Source: Macrostomum lignano
Lineage: Eukaryota
Length of the DNA: 64,000 bases
NCBI GenBank assembly: GCA_002269645.1
Contig: NIVC01000033.1
Coordinates: forward strand, 671,335 to 735,334
Reading direction: 5' to 3'
The notes beneath the pieces are model-generated. The model was not told where the DNA came from. It did no database searches and was given only the letters and a program-made list of their open reading frames with translations. Numbering within the stretch: position 1 is the first letter of the stretch; every line of letters starts with the position of its first letter. The position numbers and the translations under genes were made by a program. Below, in pieces: positions 46,512-58,729 of the stretch.

Positions 46512-49500
46512 TTAAGACTGAATCTCTAGCGGCACCAAAGCTTGAACTGGTCTCCTCACCCGCTCCCAGCGCCGGGAATTCCCAGCACCCGACACTCGGA
46601 CGACCGCCGAACGGACTGCCCCGTCACGGCCAACGCGAATCTCTTCAACCAAACCAAGCCTCCACCTCAGCCTCGGCTGGTGGACTTCTCCAACGAGCAG
46701 AACCATTTCACCGACACGTGGCACACGACCTTCAGGATGGTCCTTCAAAGCTTTTTCACGAAGCGCCTGAAGATAGGCTGTTTTCCACTGGTGCCAAAAC
46801 CAATCTAGTGCAGCTCTGAGCATCTTTAATCTTCTTGGAAGTGGCAGCAACGACTCACCATCATTCTCAACCCCGCCAGATTCTTGAGTGAGTCGTCCGG
46901 CTGCAATAAAGTGCGACGGTGTGATAACCTCGGTGCTGTCATCAGATGACACATACAGCAGCGGCCGACAGTTCACCACTGCTTCGGTCTCAAGCACCAG
47001 AGTCACTAACTGATCAAAGTCTAGGAGTTGACGTTTTGCTGCTTTCTTAAGTGACATCTTCACTAATCCAATGAGCCTCTCCCAGAAACCTCCCCACCAC
47101 GGGGCTCGCTCAGGAATGAAATGCCAGCTGATCTTCCTGGATGAACAAAACGCCTGCAAGTCTTCGGAAATTTGCGCACCAATTAATTTAGCTCCGGCTC
47201 GAAAGGTGCGTGCGTTGTCACTGACTACAGATGGTATCCCTCTTCGAGCAACAAAACGCCTAAGGGCGTGTAGCATTTGATCACAATCCATGCTTCTCAC
47301 GACCTCTAAATGAACTGCCCTAGTTGCAGAGCATGTGAAAAGAAGAACATAGGACTTCTTGTTCTCTCCCGCACCCTCCCCCGTCCGATATATGATCGGA
47401 CCAGCATAATCAAGGCCAACTGTCTGAAACGCCCGAATGCTGGACAACCGAAACCGGGGAAGTTGCGGAACTGACCGCACCGAAAATGGACATCCTTGAA
47501 GCATCTTACATGTCACACAACCTGCTAAAACCTGCCTGACGCGCTGTCTGGCCTTTAAAATCCAGAACCGCTCTCTGATTTTGCACAACGTCGCAGGAAC
47601 ACCACCATGGAAAACTGCGCTGTGGCAGTGGCGGATAAGCAGCTGCTCAATCGGATGTTTCGGTGGGATTAAGACTGGGTTGTTCGTTTCGAATGGCACC
47701 GCATCCTGAAGACGACCACCCGATCGAACAAGACCGTCCTCACCGAGAACCAAGTTCAAGTCACGGATCAAGGCCGTGCGATGCCCAGCACCCTGAAGAT
47801 GCTGAATTTCAGGATCTAACGCGGAAGCTTGCACTGCTCGCAACAAGGAATTCTCCGCTTCCTGAACTTCGATGGCTGACAAATCAGACGGATCATTTAA
47901 CCTTCGTTCCGCCGCAGATCTGCGCGCATTGCGAACAAAGCGATGAACCCAACCGAGCACGCGCGTCATCCTGATCCACGAAGAGAAACGCTGGATATCA
48001 AAAACCTTGAGCAGCGTGCCTGCTCTTGCGCGCTCGCGCACCTGTGAGCCAACTGAGGGCATAGCTAGAGCCTCCCCACGTGACTTCTGAGTCTCCACCC
48101 GAGATTCATAATCGGCTTGCAGCATTTCACAGTCGTTTTGTGACTCTGCCGTGGACGATGGCTTGCCTGGAAAATCGAAGGTGTCACTGAAACTGCTTCC
48201 CACTTGACGAAGAAACTCTGGCCCGTTCAGCCACAACGCGTTCTCCATCAGCCTGTTCGGCAAGCACCCCCGCGATGGAAGATCCGCGGGATTGACAGCT
48301 CCGGGAATGTGCCGCCACTCGCTGACGTCGGTTAATCGCCGTATTTCTGTAACCCGGTTCTGAACGAATACTTGGCGCAGCTTTGACTCGCACTTTATCC
48401 ACTGCAAAGTATTCGAACTGTCGGTCCACAGGAACCGCTGAACCCCGGGAAGCTGTATAGATACGAAGCTTATCAACCGAGATAATATCAAGGCTCCAAG
48501 AAGTTCGAGTCTGGAGATACTAACGGGTACCAGCGGAGCTACCCTAGATTTTGCGATCAGCAGGTGAGTTGAAACACTGTGGTGCTTTGTATCCACAACC
48601 CGCAGATAAACAACCGCTGCATATGCCCGTTCACTGGCATCGGAAAACCCGTGAAGCTGCAGTTTACAAAGGTGCGTGTCCGCTTCCCGAGGAATGACAC
48701 ACCGTGGAATTTCCAGACAAGTGACTCTCAGCGAGCTCAGCCACCCCACCCACTGTGTAGCGATACCCAGGGGAAGGCGGTCGTCCCACTGAACTTTCTC
48801 CTTGCAGAGCTGCTGAAACCAAGCCTTAACCATTACAATGGCGGGAGTCATGAACCCAAGGGGATCAAAAACCCTGGCTAAAACCGCAAGCATGAGTCTC
48901 TTCGACGGAATTTCGTCGCCGACGGAGTTTAGCATTTTCGAAAATTCTAGGCGAAAAATGTCCCCTCCAGCCTCCCATGGAATGCCAAGAACCTTCTGGG
49001 CGCTCCCTACGTCCGCAGCAGGTAGAACCTCCATAAACTCTTTCGAGTTGGACTGCCACTGCCGCATGTTCATGCCAGCCATGGCGAAAATCTGTTTCGT
49101 CTGAGTGTAAAACTCTACCGCCTCACTAGGCGAGTCGCAGCAAGTGACTAAATTGTCAACGTACAAGCTGTGCTTGAGAGTTCCCACAACTTCCGGAAAA
49201 CGTTTTTGAAGCAGCTCAAGATGCTGCGAAATCGTGGCCTGCAGAATGCCAGGCGAGCATGAAAGACCGAACGGAACTCTACAGAATCTGTATTGCACGA
49301 CTTGCCGCGGTTCCCCAATGCGACCTTGAGTCCAAAGAAATCGAAGTGCGTCGCGGTCGATTGGATCGATGCCGATTTGCAGAAATGCCTTCTCAATGTC
49401 CGCCAGCACAGCAATTGGCTTGAGGCGGAACCGGACAAGCAGCTGGGGAATCAGCGGAAATTTTGCTGGTCCCGTCAGCAGAAAATCATTAATCGAGAAG

Positions 49501-50384
49501 TCGGTACTGTTTGCCTTTGCGGATCCGTCGAAAACCATGCGAAGCTTTGTATGCTCGCTATCTGACTTTGAGACGCAACTGTGCGGTAGGTAATGAATGA
49601 TTGCAGCTGGCTGGGCGCTTTCAGTGGTTGGGACCTTCTCTATAATACCCAGATTTTCCTGCTCGGCGAGGATTCCATCACACTGAGCCAACTTAGCTGG
49701 ATTGCGCTCTAAATGGCGCATACTGGACCTTAACCGATGTGCTGCCAGATCAAAGTGATCCCGTAATTCAATCGCCTCTTTGGCATAGGCCCACGGCAAC
49801 TGCACCGAATAGCGACCCTCGCGAAGCTGCGCATTGCATGGAAAATCTTCCGCCGCAGCAGGTCGCGGATCGTCAAGAATTCCTATCGAATCCAGCCTCC
49901 ACAGTGCCGTGAAATCCTGGCTGTCGGCAACCACCAAATCCGAGCCGCCACTGGCAAAGCAGCACACCACCGGCGTGCTGGTGCAGGCTCCTTCGCTGAC
50001 CGACTGACCCTCATCCAAGCCATCGACGCGACTCCGAGTATTTACTGTCAGCGGCCCACACAGAAGATATCCTAGCTTCGAAGAGATGGCGACCGGGCCG
50101 TGAAGTCCACGAATAATCTCATCACCAACTATCTGATAGTAAAAGTCCGAGCCAATCAAGATTGAAATCGGAGTGCTCCCATCGCGCGGATCAAACGGAT
50201 CTGCAAGATCAAGAGAGCGCAGGTGCTCAAACTCATTCACCCTGACTGAACGCTGAGGTTGGCAAATGGTTTTCACCACATTAGCTTTCAGATCAATGAC
50301 CTCAAATGAATCAACTTTCCGAATTGAGAACCCAACACTCCCAGACTGTAGTGTGTGTTCAATCCCGCGAAAGTGGACACGCAT
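46512..50384 (-). CDS. BEL/Pao Pol (protease C-terminal part, RT, RNase H, integrase)
   Basis: ADIEKAFLQI, RVPFG and LYVDN (RT); GFSDASERAYAAV (RNase H); HHCC plus LDYAGP, SDNA and FWERLIG (integrase). Confidence 0.95.
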   Translation of the reverse strand: MRVHFRGIEHTLQSGSVGFSIRKVDSFEVIDLKANVVKTICQPQRSVRVNEFEHLRSLDLADPFDPRDGSTPISILIGSDFYYQIVGDEIIRGLHGPVAISSKLGYLLCGPLTVNTRSRVDGLDEGQSVSEGACTSTPVVCCFASGGSDLVVADSQDFTALWRLDSIGILDDPRPAAAEDFPCNAQLREGRYSVQLPWAYAKEAIELRDHFDLAAHRLRSSMRHLERNPAKLAQCDGILAEQENLGIIEKVPTTESAQPAAIIHYLPHSCVSKSDSEHTKLRMVFDGSAKANSTDFSINDFLLTGPAKFPLIPQLLVRFRLKPIAVLADIEKAFLQIGIDPIDRDALRFLWTQGRIGEPRQVVQYRFCRVPFGLSCSPGILQATISQHLELLQKRFPEVVGTLKHSLYVDNLVTCCDSPSEAVEFYTQTKQIFAMAGMNMRQWQSNSKEFMEVLPAADVGSAQKVLGIPWEAGGDIFRLEFSKMLNSVGDEIPSKRLMLAVLARVFDPLGFMTPAIVMVKAWFQQLCKEKVQWDDRLPLGIATQWVGWLSSLRVTCLEIPRCVIPREADTHLCKLQLHGFSDASERAYAAVVYLRVVDTKHHSVSTHLLIAKSRVAPLVPVSISRLELLGALILSRLISFVSIQLPGVQRFLWTDSSNTLQWIKCESKLRQVFVQNRVTEIRRLTDVSEWRHIPGAVNPADLPSRGCLPNRLMENALWLNGPEFLRQVGSSFSDTFDFPGKPSSTAESQNDCEMLQADYESRVETQKSRGEALAMPSVGSQVRERARAGTLLKVFDIQRFSSWIRMTRVLGWVHRFVRNARRSAAERRLNDPSDLSAIEVQEAENSLLRAVQASALDPEIQHLQGAGHRTALIRDLNLVLGEDGLVRSGGRLQDAVPFETNNPVLIPPKHPIEQLLIRHCHSAVFHGGVPATLCKIRERFWILKARQRVRQVLAGCVTCKMLQGCPFSVRSVPQLPRFRLSSIRAFQTVGLDYAGPIIYRTGEGAGENKKSYVLLFTCSATRAVHLEVVRSMDCDQMLHALRRFVARRGIPSVVSDNARTFRAGAKLIGAQISEDLQAFCSSRKISWHFIPERAPWWGGFWERLIGLVKMSLKKAAKRQLLDFDQLVTLVLETEAVVNCRPLLYVSSDDSTEVITPSHFIAAGRLTQESGGVENDGESLLPLPRRLKMLRAALDWFWHQWKTAYLQALREKALKDHPEGRVPRVGEMVLLVGEVHQPRLRWRLGLVEEIRVGRDGAVRSAVVRVSGAGNSRRWERVRRPVQALVPLEIQS

Positions 50385-52027
50385 AACGTCTCTGTGGAAG
50401 CAGCTCCGAGACCCATAGCCTCACACACATCCTGCCGGATGTAGCTTCGGTTACTGGCAGTGTCGAGGAGAAGGCGCACCATCATTTCTTTGCGGCCATC
50501 TGAACTGATAAGGATAGCCTTGGCCACTGGCAGCGCCACTGATGGATTTCCCGATATAAGCATGGACATGACAACCGAACCGTCGCTGTCCATTCTGGCC
50601 AACTCTTGCGGTGAGTTTGCCTCCGCGATCCTCGATTCCGTGCCGTCCTGAAGCTGCGGAACATCAGGAGCCGCTGCGGTAAGACATTGATTGCGTGGAA
50701 TCGTGACTTGTTTCTGGCGTGGCTGTGTAGGCTCTGCCTTGGCCTTGTTAGCTTTGCCTGTTGGCTGGCTGTGCGAGTTACTCTGAAAGCAGAGACTGAC
50801 GTGATGCCTACCTGAGCAGATGTGGCACCTTAAGGGATCGCGACACTTCGGGACCCTATGCCCTTGCCGCAAGCATCGAAAACAACGCTGCTCGCTGGCT
50901 AAGCATTCACGTCTTTCCTTGACTGTCGAAACCCGATTGCAGCTCTCTGGCGAGTGCGACTCTTTGCAATAGGGGCAAGAGTGTTTCGAATCGGACTCGG
51001 CAGCCTTCGGTGGCACCACCACCAGGGTGGATGCCATCGACATTGGAGTCTTTGGCGTCGACTTTGAGTCAGTGTTCGAACCGTGTTGAGAACTTGATTT
51101 TGCACTCCAATGATTTCCAGCACTCTCACGCACTTCTATTTCGCTTTTCAGCTGCTGCAAAAAACTACCGAGCGTGGAAATGCTTCCACCCTGAAGCTGA
51201 GCCGCTCGAAGCAGATCGAGGCGAAAACTCGCCGGGCATCTCCCCAGTAATGTTGGAACTAGAAGAGATTGATAGGAGCTAGCATAGACCCCCTGGGATT
51301 CTAGACTCCGCATGTTAGCCGAGATATCATCGTGAAACTGCTGCAGGCACCTCAATGAGGTGTCCTGCAAGCGCAGCTCAGAGATCCGGTGCATTAAATC
51401 TCTGACAATAACTTCAGACTTGCCATAACGCTCTGTTAGAATTTCAACAGCTATACCATAATTTAAAGACGTAACAGAAAGCCCCCTAATGCATGATTTG
51501 ACAGAGTCTGATAGAGCACTTAGGAGATAATTGAACTTGTCGATATCTGCAAGCGTGGAGCTCTTATGGACCGATGACTCAAACTGATCCCAGAAAGACT
51601 GCCACGTTGCAATCTCCCCCGTGAAAATCGGGAGCTGTCTCTTTGGAAGCTTTACGTGCGTAGAGACAAGGCCAGGTGTACCTGTAGCCGAATTCGCCGC
51701 AGCGGCAAAGTTTTCATGCCGTTGAACGGCTTCAGTCAACTTCTTGATGCAACTAATGCATCTCAATGAGTAAGTCTGATTCTCTTCCTGTTCCCTGTCC
51801 AGCTGGTCTTCCTCAACAGACTCCTCAATAACCTCATCCAATTGATGCAAAGCTTCCAGCTTAGGACTAAGGATGTCGATATACGTAGCAGCTTCTATCC
51901 GGTTGAACACTCTTCCTGGACCACCTAGCAGAGTTTCCTCAGCCTTAGCTATAGCTTTTGTAATCGCCGAACGGATTCCTGCCCGTTTCCGAACAGCTGC
52001 AGCCAGCTCATCTCCACTGAGAACCAT
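50288..52027 (-). CDS. BEL/Pao Gag (DUF1759-like, zinc knuckles) plus N-terminal part of the aspartic protease
   Basis: LPKRQLPIFTGEIATWQSFWDQF, CPYCKESHSPESC, CFRCLRQGHRVPKC, CHICSGRHHVSLC and LLDTASNRSYI; first ATG at 52027. Confidence 0.9.
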   Translation of the reverse strand: MVLSGDELAAAVRKRAGIRSAITKAIAKAEETLLGGPGRVFNRIEAATYIDILSPKLEALHQLDEVIEESVEEDQLDREQEENQTYSLRCISCIKKLTEAVQRHENFAAAANSATGTPGLVSTHVKLPKRQLPIFTGEIATWQSFWDQFESSVHKSSTLADIDKFNYLLSALSDSVKSCIRGLSVTSLNYGIAVEILTERYGKSEVIVRDLMHRISELRLQDTSLRCLQQFHDDISANMRSLESQGVYASSYQSLLVPTLLGRCPASFRLDLLRAAQLQGGSISTLGSFLQQLKSEIEVRESAGNHWSAKSSSQHGSNTDSKSTPKTPMSMASTLVVVPPKAAESDSKHSCPYCKESHSPESCNRVSTVKERRECLASEQRCFRCLRQGHRVPKCRDPLRCHICSGRHHVSLCFQSNSHSQPTGKANKAKAEPTQPRQKQVTIPRNQCLTAAAPDVPQLQDGTESRIAEANSPQELARMDSDGSVVMSMLISGNPSVALPVAKAILISSDGRKEMMVRLLLDTASNRSYIRQDVCEAMGLGAASTETLCVSTFAGLNTHYSLGVLGSQFGKLIHLRSLI

Positions 52028-53459
52028 GACGGACGACCGGAAGGAGCAAAGAATGCAAGAAAACCCCGGCGCCAATGAGCAGAGCGAGTCGACCAGCTCA
52101 AACCAGAAACAAAGAAGAAACACGAACTATTACAACTAATTAAAGGCAGGAAGCATGAAAAACAGAGGCAATCAACACGGAATCAGAGAAACCGAAAAAT
52201 AAGCAACCGTAATAACAGAACAAACAGAAATTAACTTTAATTGAACTTAGCGAAATTCTCAATAGTGAGTGAAGGAAGCACGCTGATCTAGTAATATCCA
52301 GCCGCGGCCGCTGCTCATCGTCAGGACAGGCAGATGCTACTGCTCCAGAATGCGAACCAGCCGTGGCTTGCAGCGTTAGAGTAAAGCGATTCTTGCAGTC
52401 GTAGCCTTAACTGAAGTCGCTTGTTAGAAAGCCGCTAAGGTAAAATAAAATATTTTTTCATTCGGGCGCCATGTTGTAAAAATAACAATTAAGAAAGAGC
52501 AAGGTGCTCGGGCCAGTGGCCTCCTGACTGATTTATATTTGCTGTCTAGCTGGGCAGTCTACAAGTACGTAGCCGCCCTCACAAGTGCGTACATAGGAAA
52601 AGACTGACGGAGAGGGTGGTTATAGGCTAATAATAAAAATCGATAATAGAGTTAACCACTCCACTAGCATGCATGCACCAAAGAACGCGACACCGCCCTT
52701 TGTCCGCCCCTCGTCTCTCTCGAAACCTTCCGTTTATCCGCCCCTCGTCTCTCTCGAAACCGCCCTTTATCCGCCCCTCGTCTCTCTCGAAACCGCCCTT
52801 TATCCGCCCCTCGTCTCGCTCGAAACCGCCCTTATCCGCCCCTCATCTCTCTCTCAAATCGCCTTTTGTCCGCCCCTCGTCTCTCTCGAAACCGCCCTTT
52901 ATCCGCCCCTCGTCTCTCTCGAAACCGCCCTTTGTCCGCCCCTCGTCTCTCAGGCTGCCCAATTTTTATGCTCGCTTAAAATTTTTCCTCGCTTTTCAAA
53001 ATCTGTCGCCTCATTCGCCTCTCGTTTCTTGAAACCGCATTTTATCCGTATTTCCTCTTAAAAAAGCGCCTCTCAGCGGACTGGCCAAAAGAAGACTTTC
53101 TAAGATTGTTGACGCCAAGACCGCTTGTGATGATCTTGTCAGATTTACGTACTCGCGGCCTCGCTAACGAGACAGATGCGTGTCGCGGAGGGGGGCTGGG
53201 GCTGCAGCCGCCGCTCGCAGATTTTTTCGCAGCAGATTGCAAATCAAGCCTGCCTGCCTGCCAGAGAGCCTGGGGGGGTTCCGCATAGCAACAGGCGATA
53301 GGCGGTGTCTGCCATTGCATCAGAGCAGCGACTCCCGCCCAGTTGAAATTCCGAGCGATCGAGCCGGTCCGTTTCTTTATAAAGAAAGCAGATTTGGCTG
53401 CGACAGCCCGCCCATGTCAAAGCTGGAGCATTTAACGAGGCAGCACTGAAGAATCAGCC

Positions 53460-56400
53460 ATGCACGTCAGCGATTACACCGTGGTGATATTCGGTGCCAC
53501 TGGCGTTGGCAAGACCTGCCTGGTGCAGCGCTTCGTCACCGGTGGCTTCCGGGAGCGGCACCTGGCCACCGTGGAGGACCTGTACTGCCGCCTGAGCACC
53601 AGCCACGGGCAGCTGTGCACCCTGCATGTTGTCGACACTGCCGGCGGGCTGCAGTACCCCGCCATGTGCCGACTGGCTATGGAGAAGGCCAACGCCTTCA
53701 TGCTGGTGTACTCGGTGGACAATGAGTGAGTTTTGCACCGACTGCTCTTGTGTGTCTGGAACTGGGGTCTAGACTGTCTGGAACTGGGGTCTAGACTGTG
53801 GAACTGGGATCTAGAGTGTCTGGAACTGGGGTCTCGACTGTCTGGAACTGGGGTCTAGAGTGTCTGGAACTGGGGTCTCGAATGTCTGGAACTGGGGTTT
53901 AGAGTGTCTGGAACTGTGGTCTAGACTGTCTGGAACTGGGGTCTAGAGTGTCTGGAACTGGGGTCTAGACTGTGGAACTGGGATCTAGAGTGTCTGGAAC
54001 TGGGGTCTCGACTGTCTGGAACTGGGGTCTAGAGTGTCTGGAACTGGGGTCTCGAATGTCTGGAACTGGGGTTTAGAGTGTCTGGAACTGTGGTCTAGAC
54101 TGTCTGGAACTGGGGTCTAGACTGTGGAACTGGGATCTAGAGTGTCTGGAACTGGGGTCTCGACTGTCTGGAACTGGGGTCTAGAGTGTCTGGAACTGGG
54201 GTCTCGACTGTCTGGAACTGGGGTCTAGAGTGTCTGGAACTGTGGTCTAGACTGTCTGGAACTGGGGTCTCGACTGTCTGGAACTGGGGTCTCGACTGTC
54301 TGGAACTGGGGTCTAGAGTGTCTGGAACTGGGGTCTAGACTGTGGAACTGGGATCTAGAGTGTCTGGAACTGGGGTCTCGACTGTCTGGAACTGGGGTCT
54401 AGAGTGTCTGGAACTGGGGTCTCGACTGTCTGGAACTGGGGTTTAGAGTGTCTGGAACTGGGGACTAGAGTGTCTGTAACTGGGGTTTAGAGTGTCTGGA
54501 ACTGTGGTCTAGACTGTCTGGAACTGGGGTCTAGACTGTGGAACTGGGATCTAGAGTGTCTGGAACTGGGGTCTCGACTGTCTGGAACTGGGGTCTAGAC
54601 TGTGGAACTGGGATCTAGAGTGTCTGGAACTGGGGTCTCGACTGTCTGGAACTGGGGTCTAGAGTGTCTGGAACTGGGGTCTCGAATGTCTGGAACTGGG
54701 GTCTAGAGTGTCTGGAACTGTGGTCTAGACTGTCTGGAACTGGGGTCTAGAGTGTCTGGAACTGTGGTCTAGACTGTCTGGAACTGGGGTCTAGACTGTG
54801 GAACTGGGATCTAGAGTGTCTGGAACTGGGGTCTAGAGTGTCTGGAACTGGGGTCTCGAATGTCTGGAACTGGGGTTTAGAGTGTCTGGAACTGTGGTCT
54901 AGACTGTCTGGAACTGGGGTCTAGACTGTGGAACTGGGATCTAGAGTGTCTGGAACTGGGGTCTCGACTGTCTGGAACTGGGGTCTAGAGTGTCTGGAAC
55001 TGGGGTCTCGACTGTCTGGAACTGGGGTCTAGAGTGTCTGGAACTGTGGTCTAGACTGTCTGGAACTGGGGTCTCGACTGTCTGGAACTGGGGTCTCGAC
55101 TGTCTGGAACTGGGGTCTAGAGTGTCTGGAACTGGGGTCTAGACTGTGGAACTGGGATCTAGAGTGTCTGGAACTGGGGTCTCGACTGTCTGGAACTGGG
55201 GTCTAGAGTGTCTGGAACTGGGGTCTCGACTGTCTGGAACTGGGGTTTAGAGTGTCTGGAACTGGGGACTAGAGTGTCTGTAACTGGGGTTTAGAGTGTC
55301 TGGAACTGTGGTCTAGACTGTCTGGAACTGGGGTCTAGACTGTGGAACTGGGATCTAGAGTGTCTGGAACTGGGGTCTCGACTGTCTGGAACTGGGGTCT
55401 AGAGTGTCTGGAACTGGGGTCTCGACTGTCTGGAACTGGGGTCTAGAGTGTCTGGAACTGTGGTCTAGACTGTCTTGAACTGGGGACTAGAGTATCTGGA
55501 ACTTGGTTCTAGAGTGTCTGGAACTGTGGTCTAGAGTGTCTGGAACTGTGGTCTAGAGTGTCTGGAACTGGGGTCTAGAGTGTCTGGAACTGGGGTCTAG
55601 AGTGTCTGGAACTGGGGACTAGAGTGTCTGTAACTGGGGACTAGAGTGTCTGGAACTGGGGTCTAGAGTGTCTGGAACTGGGGTCTAGAGTGTCTGGAAC
55701 TGGGGTTTAGAGTGTCTGGAACTGTGGTCTAGACTGTCTGGAACTGGGGTCTAGACTGTGGAACTGGGATCTAGAGTGTCTGGAACTGGGGTCTCGACTG
55801 TCTGGAACTGGGGTCTAGAGTGTCTGGAACTGGGGTCTCGACTGTCTGGAACTGGGGTCTAGAGTGTCTGGAACTGGGGTCTCGACTGTCTGGAACTGGG
55901 GTTTAGAGTGTCTGGAACTGTGGTCTAGACTGTCTTGAACTGGGGACTAGAGTATCTGGAACTTGGTTCTAGAGTGTCTGGAACTGTGGTCTAGAGTGTC
56001 TGGAACTGGGGTCTAGAGTGTCTGGAACTGGGGTCTAGAGTGTCTGGAACTGGGGACTAGAGTGTCTGTAACTGGGGACTAGAGTGTCTGGAACTGGGGT
56101 CTAGAGTGTCTGGAACTGGGGTCTAGAGTGTCTGGAACTGGGATCTAGAGTGTCTGTAACTGGGGACTTGGACTGCTGTCGCGAAGGGAGGGAGGGACAT
56201 TCTTAGCGTCAGACATGTACACTGAGGTTTGACCCTCTGAGCTGCCATGTGTACCAGATCCCGGATCCCGGATCTGCCGCAGGTCCAGCCTGGCTGACCT
56301 CGCCCGAGTTGTCGCCGAGATTCGCCGGGTCCGCGGCCGCCACCAGCCGCCGAAGCCGCCGGCCCCGATGCTGCTGGTGGGCAACAAGGCGGACGTCGGC

Positions 56401-56757
56401 GCCGCAGCCCGCCGGGTCTCCTTCCGGGCCGGCTCCGCGGCCGCCGCCAACTGGGGCTGCGGTGGCTTCCGCGAGGTGTCGGCCCGCTCGAACCCCTACG
56501 CGGTGGCGTCGGCCTTCGCCCAGCTGCTGGGTCTGGACTGGCGCCGCCAGCTGCTCCCGCTGGAGGCTCAGCGGCCGTGGACGGCGCCCGAGCGGACGGC
56601 CTCCTCTTCCGGGTCCTTCCATGGACGACGAACCGGCGACGGCCGCCGCCTGCGGCTGTGGCTGGACGGCTCGGGCCCGGGCCTGCAGAACCGCAGCGGC
56701 AGCGGCAGCAGCCGGGGGGGCCCAGTGACCCTTCTGCCGAGATGCTGCCTGCTGTGA
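53460..56757 (+). CDS. DIRAS: DIRAS-like small GTPase, 246 aa, 2 exons, CaaX (CCLL)
   Basis: Exons 53460-53725 and 56283-56757 (phase 2). G1 GATGVGKT, G2 ATVED, G3 DTAGG, QYPAMCRLA, G4 NKAD and G5 EVSAR. Confidence 0.85.
53745..56165. repeat. 22-bp satellite TCTGGAACTGGGGTCTAGAGTG filling the DIRAS intron
   Basis: Directly visible periodicity. Confidence 0.95.
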
Positions 56758-56979
56758 GCCGCCGCCTGGTGGAGCTGCGATTGAAGTTCCAAACTTGGCA
56801 GTCTGCTGTTTCACCAGGGACTCAGTACCAGGGGTGGAAAACTACAAAAGTTCAGGCCGATTCATTAATAACTGAGTCCTCCATCCGAAATCATTGTTTG
56901 CATATGTTTTACCTTGAAGTCAGTAGGTTTGCGATGCCACCAACTTTTGTAGTTTCCCATTGAGTAGTCCCTGCGTTCC

Positions 56980-57850
56980 ATTTGTCTGCTGTTCATCTTT
57001 CTGTCTGCTGTCCATCTGTCTGTCTGCTGTTCATCTTTCTGTCTGCTGTCCATCTGTCTGTCTGCTGTTCATCTTTCTGTCTGCTGTCCATCTGTCTGTC
57101 TGCTGTCCATCTTTCTGTCTGCTTTTCATCTGTCTGTCTGCTGTTCATCTGTCTGTCTGCTGTTCATCTGTCTGTCTGCTGTCCATCTGTCTGTCTGCTG
57201 TCCATCTTTCTGTCTGCTGTTCATCTAGATCTGTCTGCTGTTCATCTGTCTGTCTGCTGTTCATCTTTCTGTCTGCTGATCATCTTTCTGTCTGCTGTTC
57301 ATCTGTCTGTCTGCTTCCATCTTTCTGTCTGCTGTTCATCTGTCTGTCTGCTGTTCATCTGTCTGTCTGCTGTTTATCTGTCTGTCTGCTGTCCATCTGT
57401 CTGTCTGCTGTTCATCTTTCTGTCTGCTGTTCATCTGTCTGTCTGCTGTTCATCTGTCTGTCTGCTGTTCATCTGTCTGTCTGCTGTTCATCTTTCTGTC
57501 TGCTGTTCATCTTTCTGTCTGCTGTTTATCTGTCTGTCTGCTGTCCATCTTTCTGTCTGCTGTTCATCTTTCTGTCTGCTGTTCATCTTTCTGTCTGCTG
57601 TTCATCTGTCTGCCTGCTGTTCATCTGTCTGTCTGCTGTTCATCTTTCTGTCTGCTGTTCATCTGTCTGTCTGCTGTTCATCTGTCTGTTTGCTGTTCAT
57701 CTGTCTGCCTGCTGTTCATCTGTCTGTCTGCTGTTCATCTTTCTGTCTGCTGTTCATCTAGATCTGTCTGCTGTTCATCTTTCTGTCTGCTGTTCATCTG
57801 TTTGTCTGCTGTCCATCTTTCTGTCTGCTGTACATCTCTCTATCTGCTGT
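56980..57850. repeat. ~16-bp repeat CTGTTCATCTGTCTGT
   Basis: Directly visible. Confidence 0.9.
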
Positions 57851-58729
57851 TCCATTGTGTATATTTGCGGATTATTTAGTATTATAATATACTATAGTAC
57901 CGTAGTACTATAATATTATACATATTATTATATTCTACCAGTGTCGCATGCAGGAAGGCAAACCTCTCCATCGCGTCTCAATGAATAAAACCAGGGCCTA
58001 ACAAGCTTGAAGAATGATATAAACTCCATTTTAGCCAACTAAGTGGCACCCACCAAGAGACATGTGCACCCACCAAGAGACATGTGCAACCACCAAGAGA
58101 CATGTGCAAAATGTCCACCAGAACACCTCATCGTAGCAGTTTAAATGTCAAATTTTAATGTTCTTTACTAAAACTGATGCATGCGTGCTGCTCGCATTCG
58201 CGTCAGTTGAATTTTGTCGAATAAATTTATGTGAAAAGCCGGACTTCAGATGGACTGCTTGAATACTTTATATGTCATTCTGAATTCTTTATTGTTAGAA
58301 TTGCCAGAGTATATTTAGCAAGCTCAGATTTGGTTGACTAAACTCGCGAATTCAGCCAATGCTTAAGCACTGCAACCATTGTGTTGTTCTCTGCCCAGCT
58401 GCGCTCTCGAAGAGACAATTGCTCACTACGATATTGTGCTTGAGCTGGGGCATCGTGAGTTTAACTTCACTGCCCCCCCCGCAAGGCGTGCTTTGCACAA
58501 TGCCTGAGCAGTGAGCTGCTCCTGTAGCCTTGCCATGCATTAATTTGAGGTATCCGAGGGTCACCTGACCCCCGCACCCCAGCTCGCCGGGTCCTTCGCC
58601 AAAGGCAATCCAGAAAGATGAATCAACGGAGAAAGCCTTCGACTCCTGCCGGCGTCGAGCAGGTGAGACTGGCCGACCGAGGAGCGGAGCACATCGACGC
58701 TTCGCTTTTGAGCACTTTCGAGCAGGGAG

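Larger units (their letters stand above)
45865..52692 (-). mobile_element. Full-length BEL/Pao LTR retrotransposon
   Basis: Identical 221-bp LTRs (45865-46085 and 52472-52692), 5-bp TSD CCGCC, PBS TGGCGCCCGAA (52471-52461, tRNA-Lys-like) and purine tract GGGGGAG next to the 3' LTR. Confidence 0.97.

Noticed and set aside
49140-49180. RT motif YVDN instead of YxDD as an inactivating change
   Set aside because: YVDN is a common natural variant in BEL/Pao reverse transcriptases
53745-56165. CRISPR-like appearance of the regular 20-33-bp arrays here and elsewhere
   Set aside because: The units are head-to-tail with no unique spacers, there are no cas genes, and the context is eukaryotic introns
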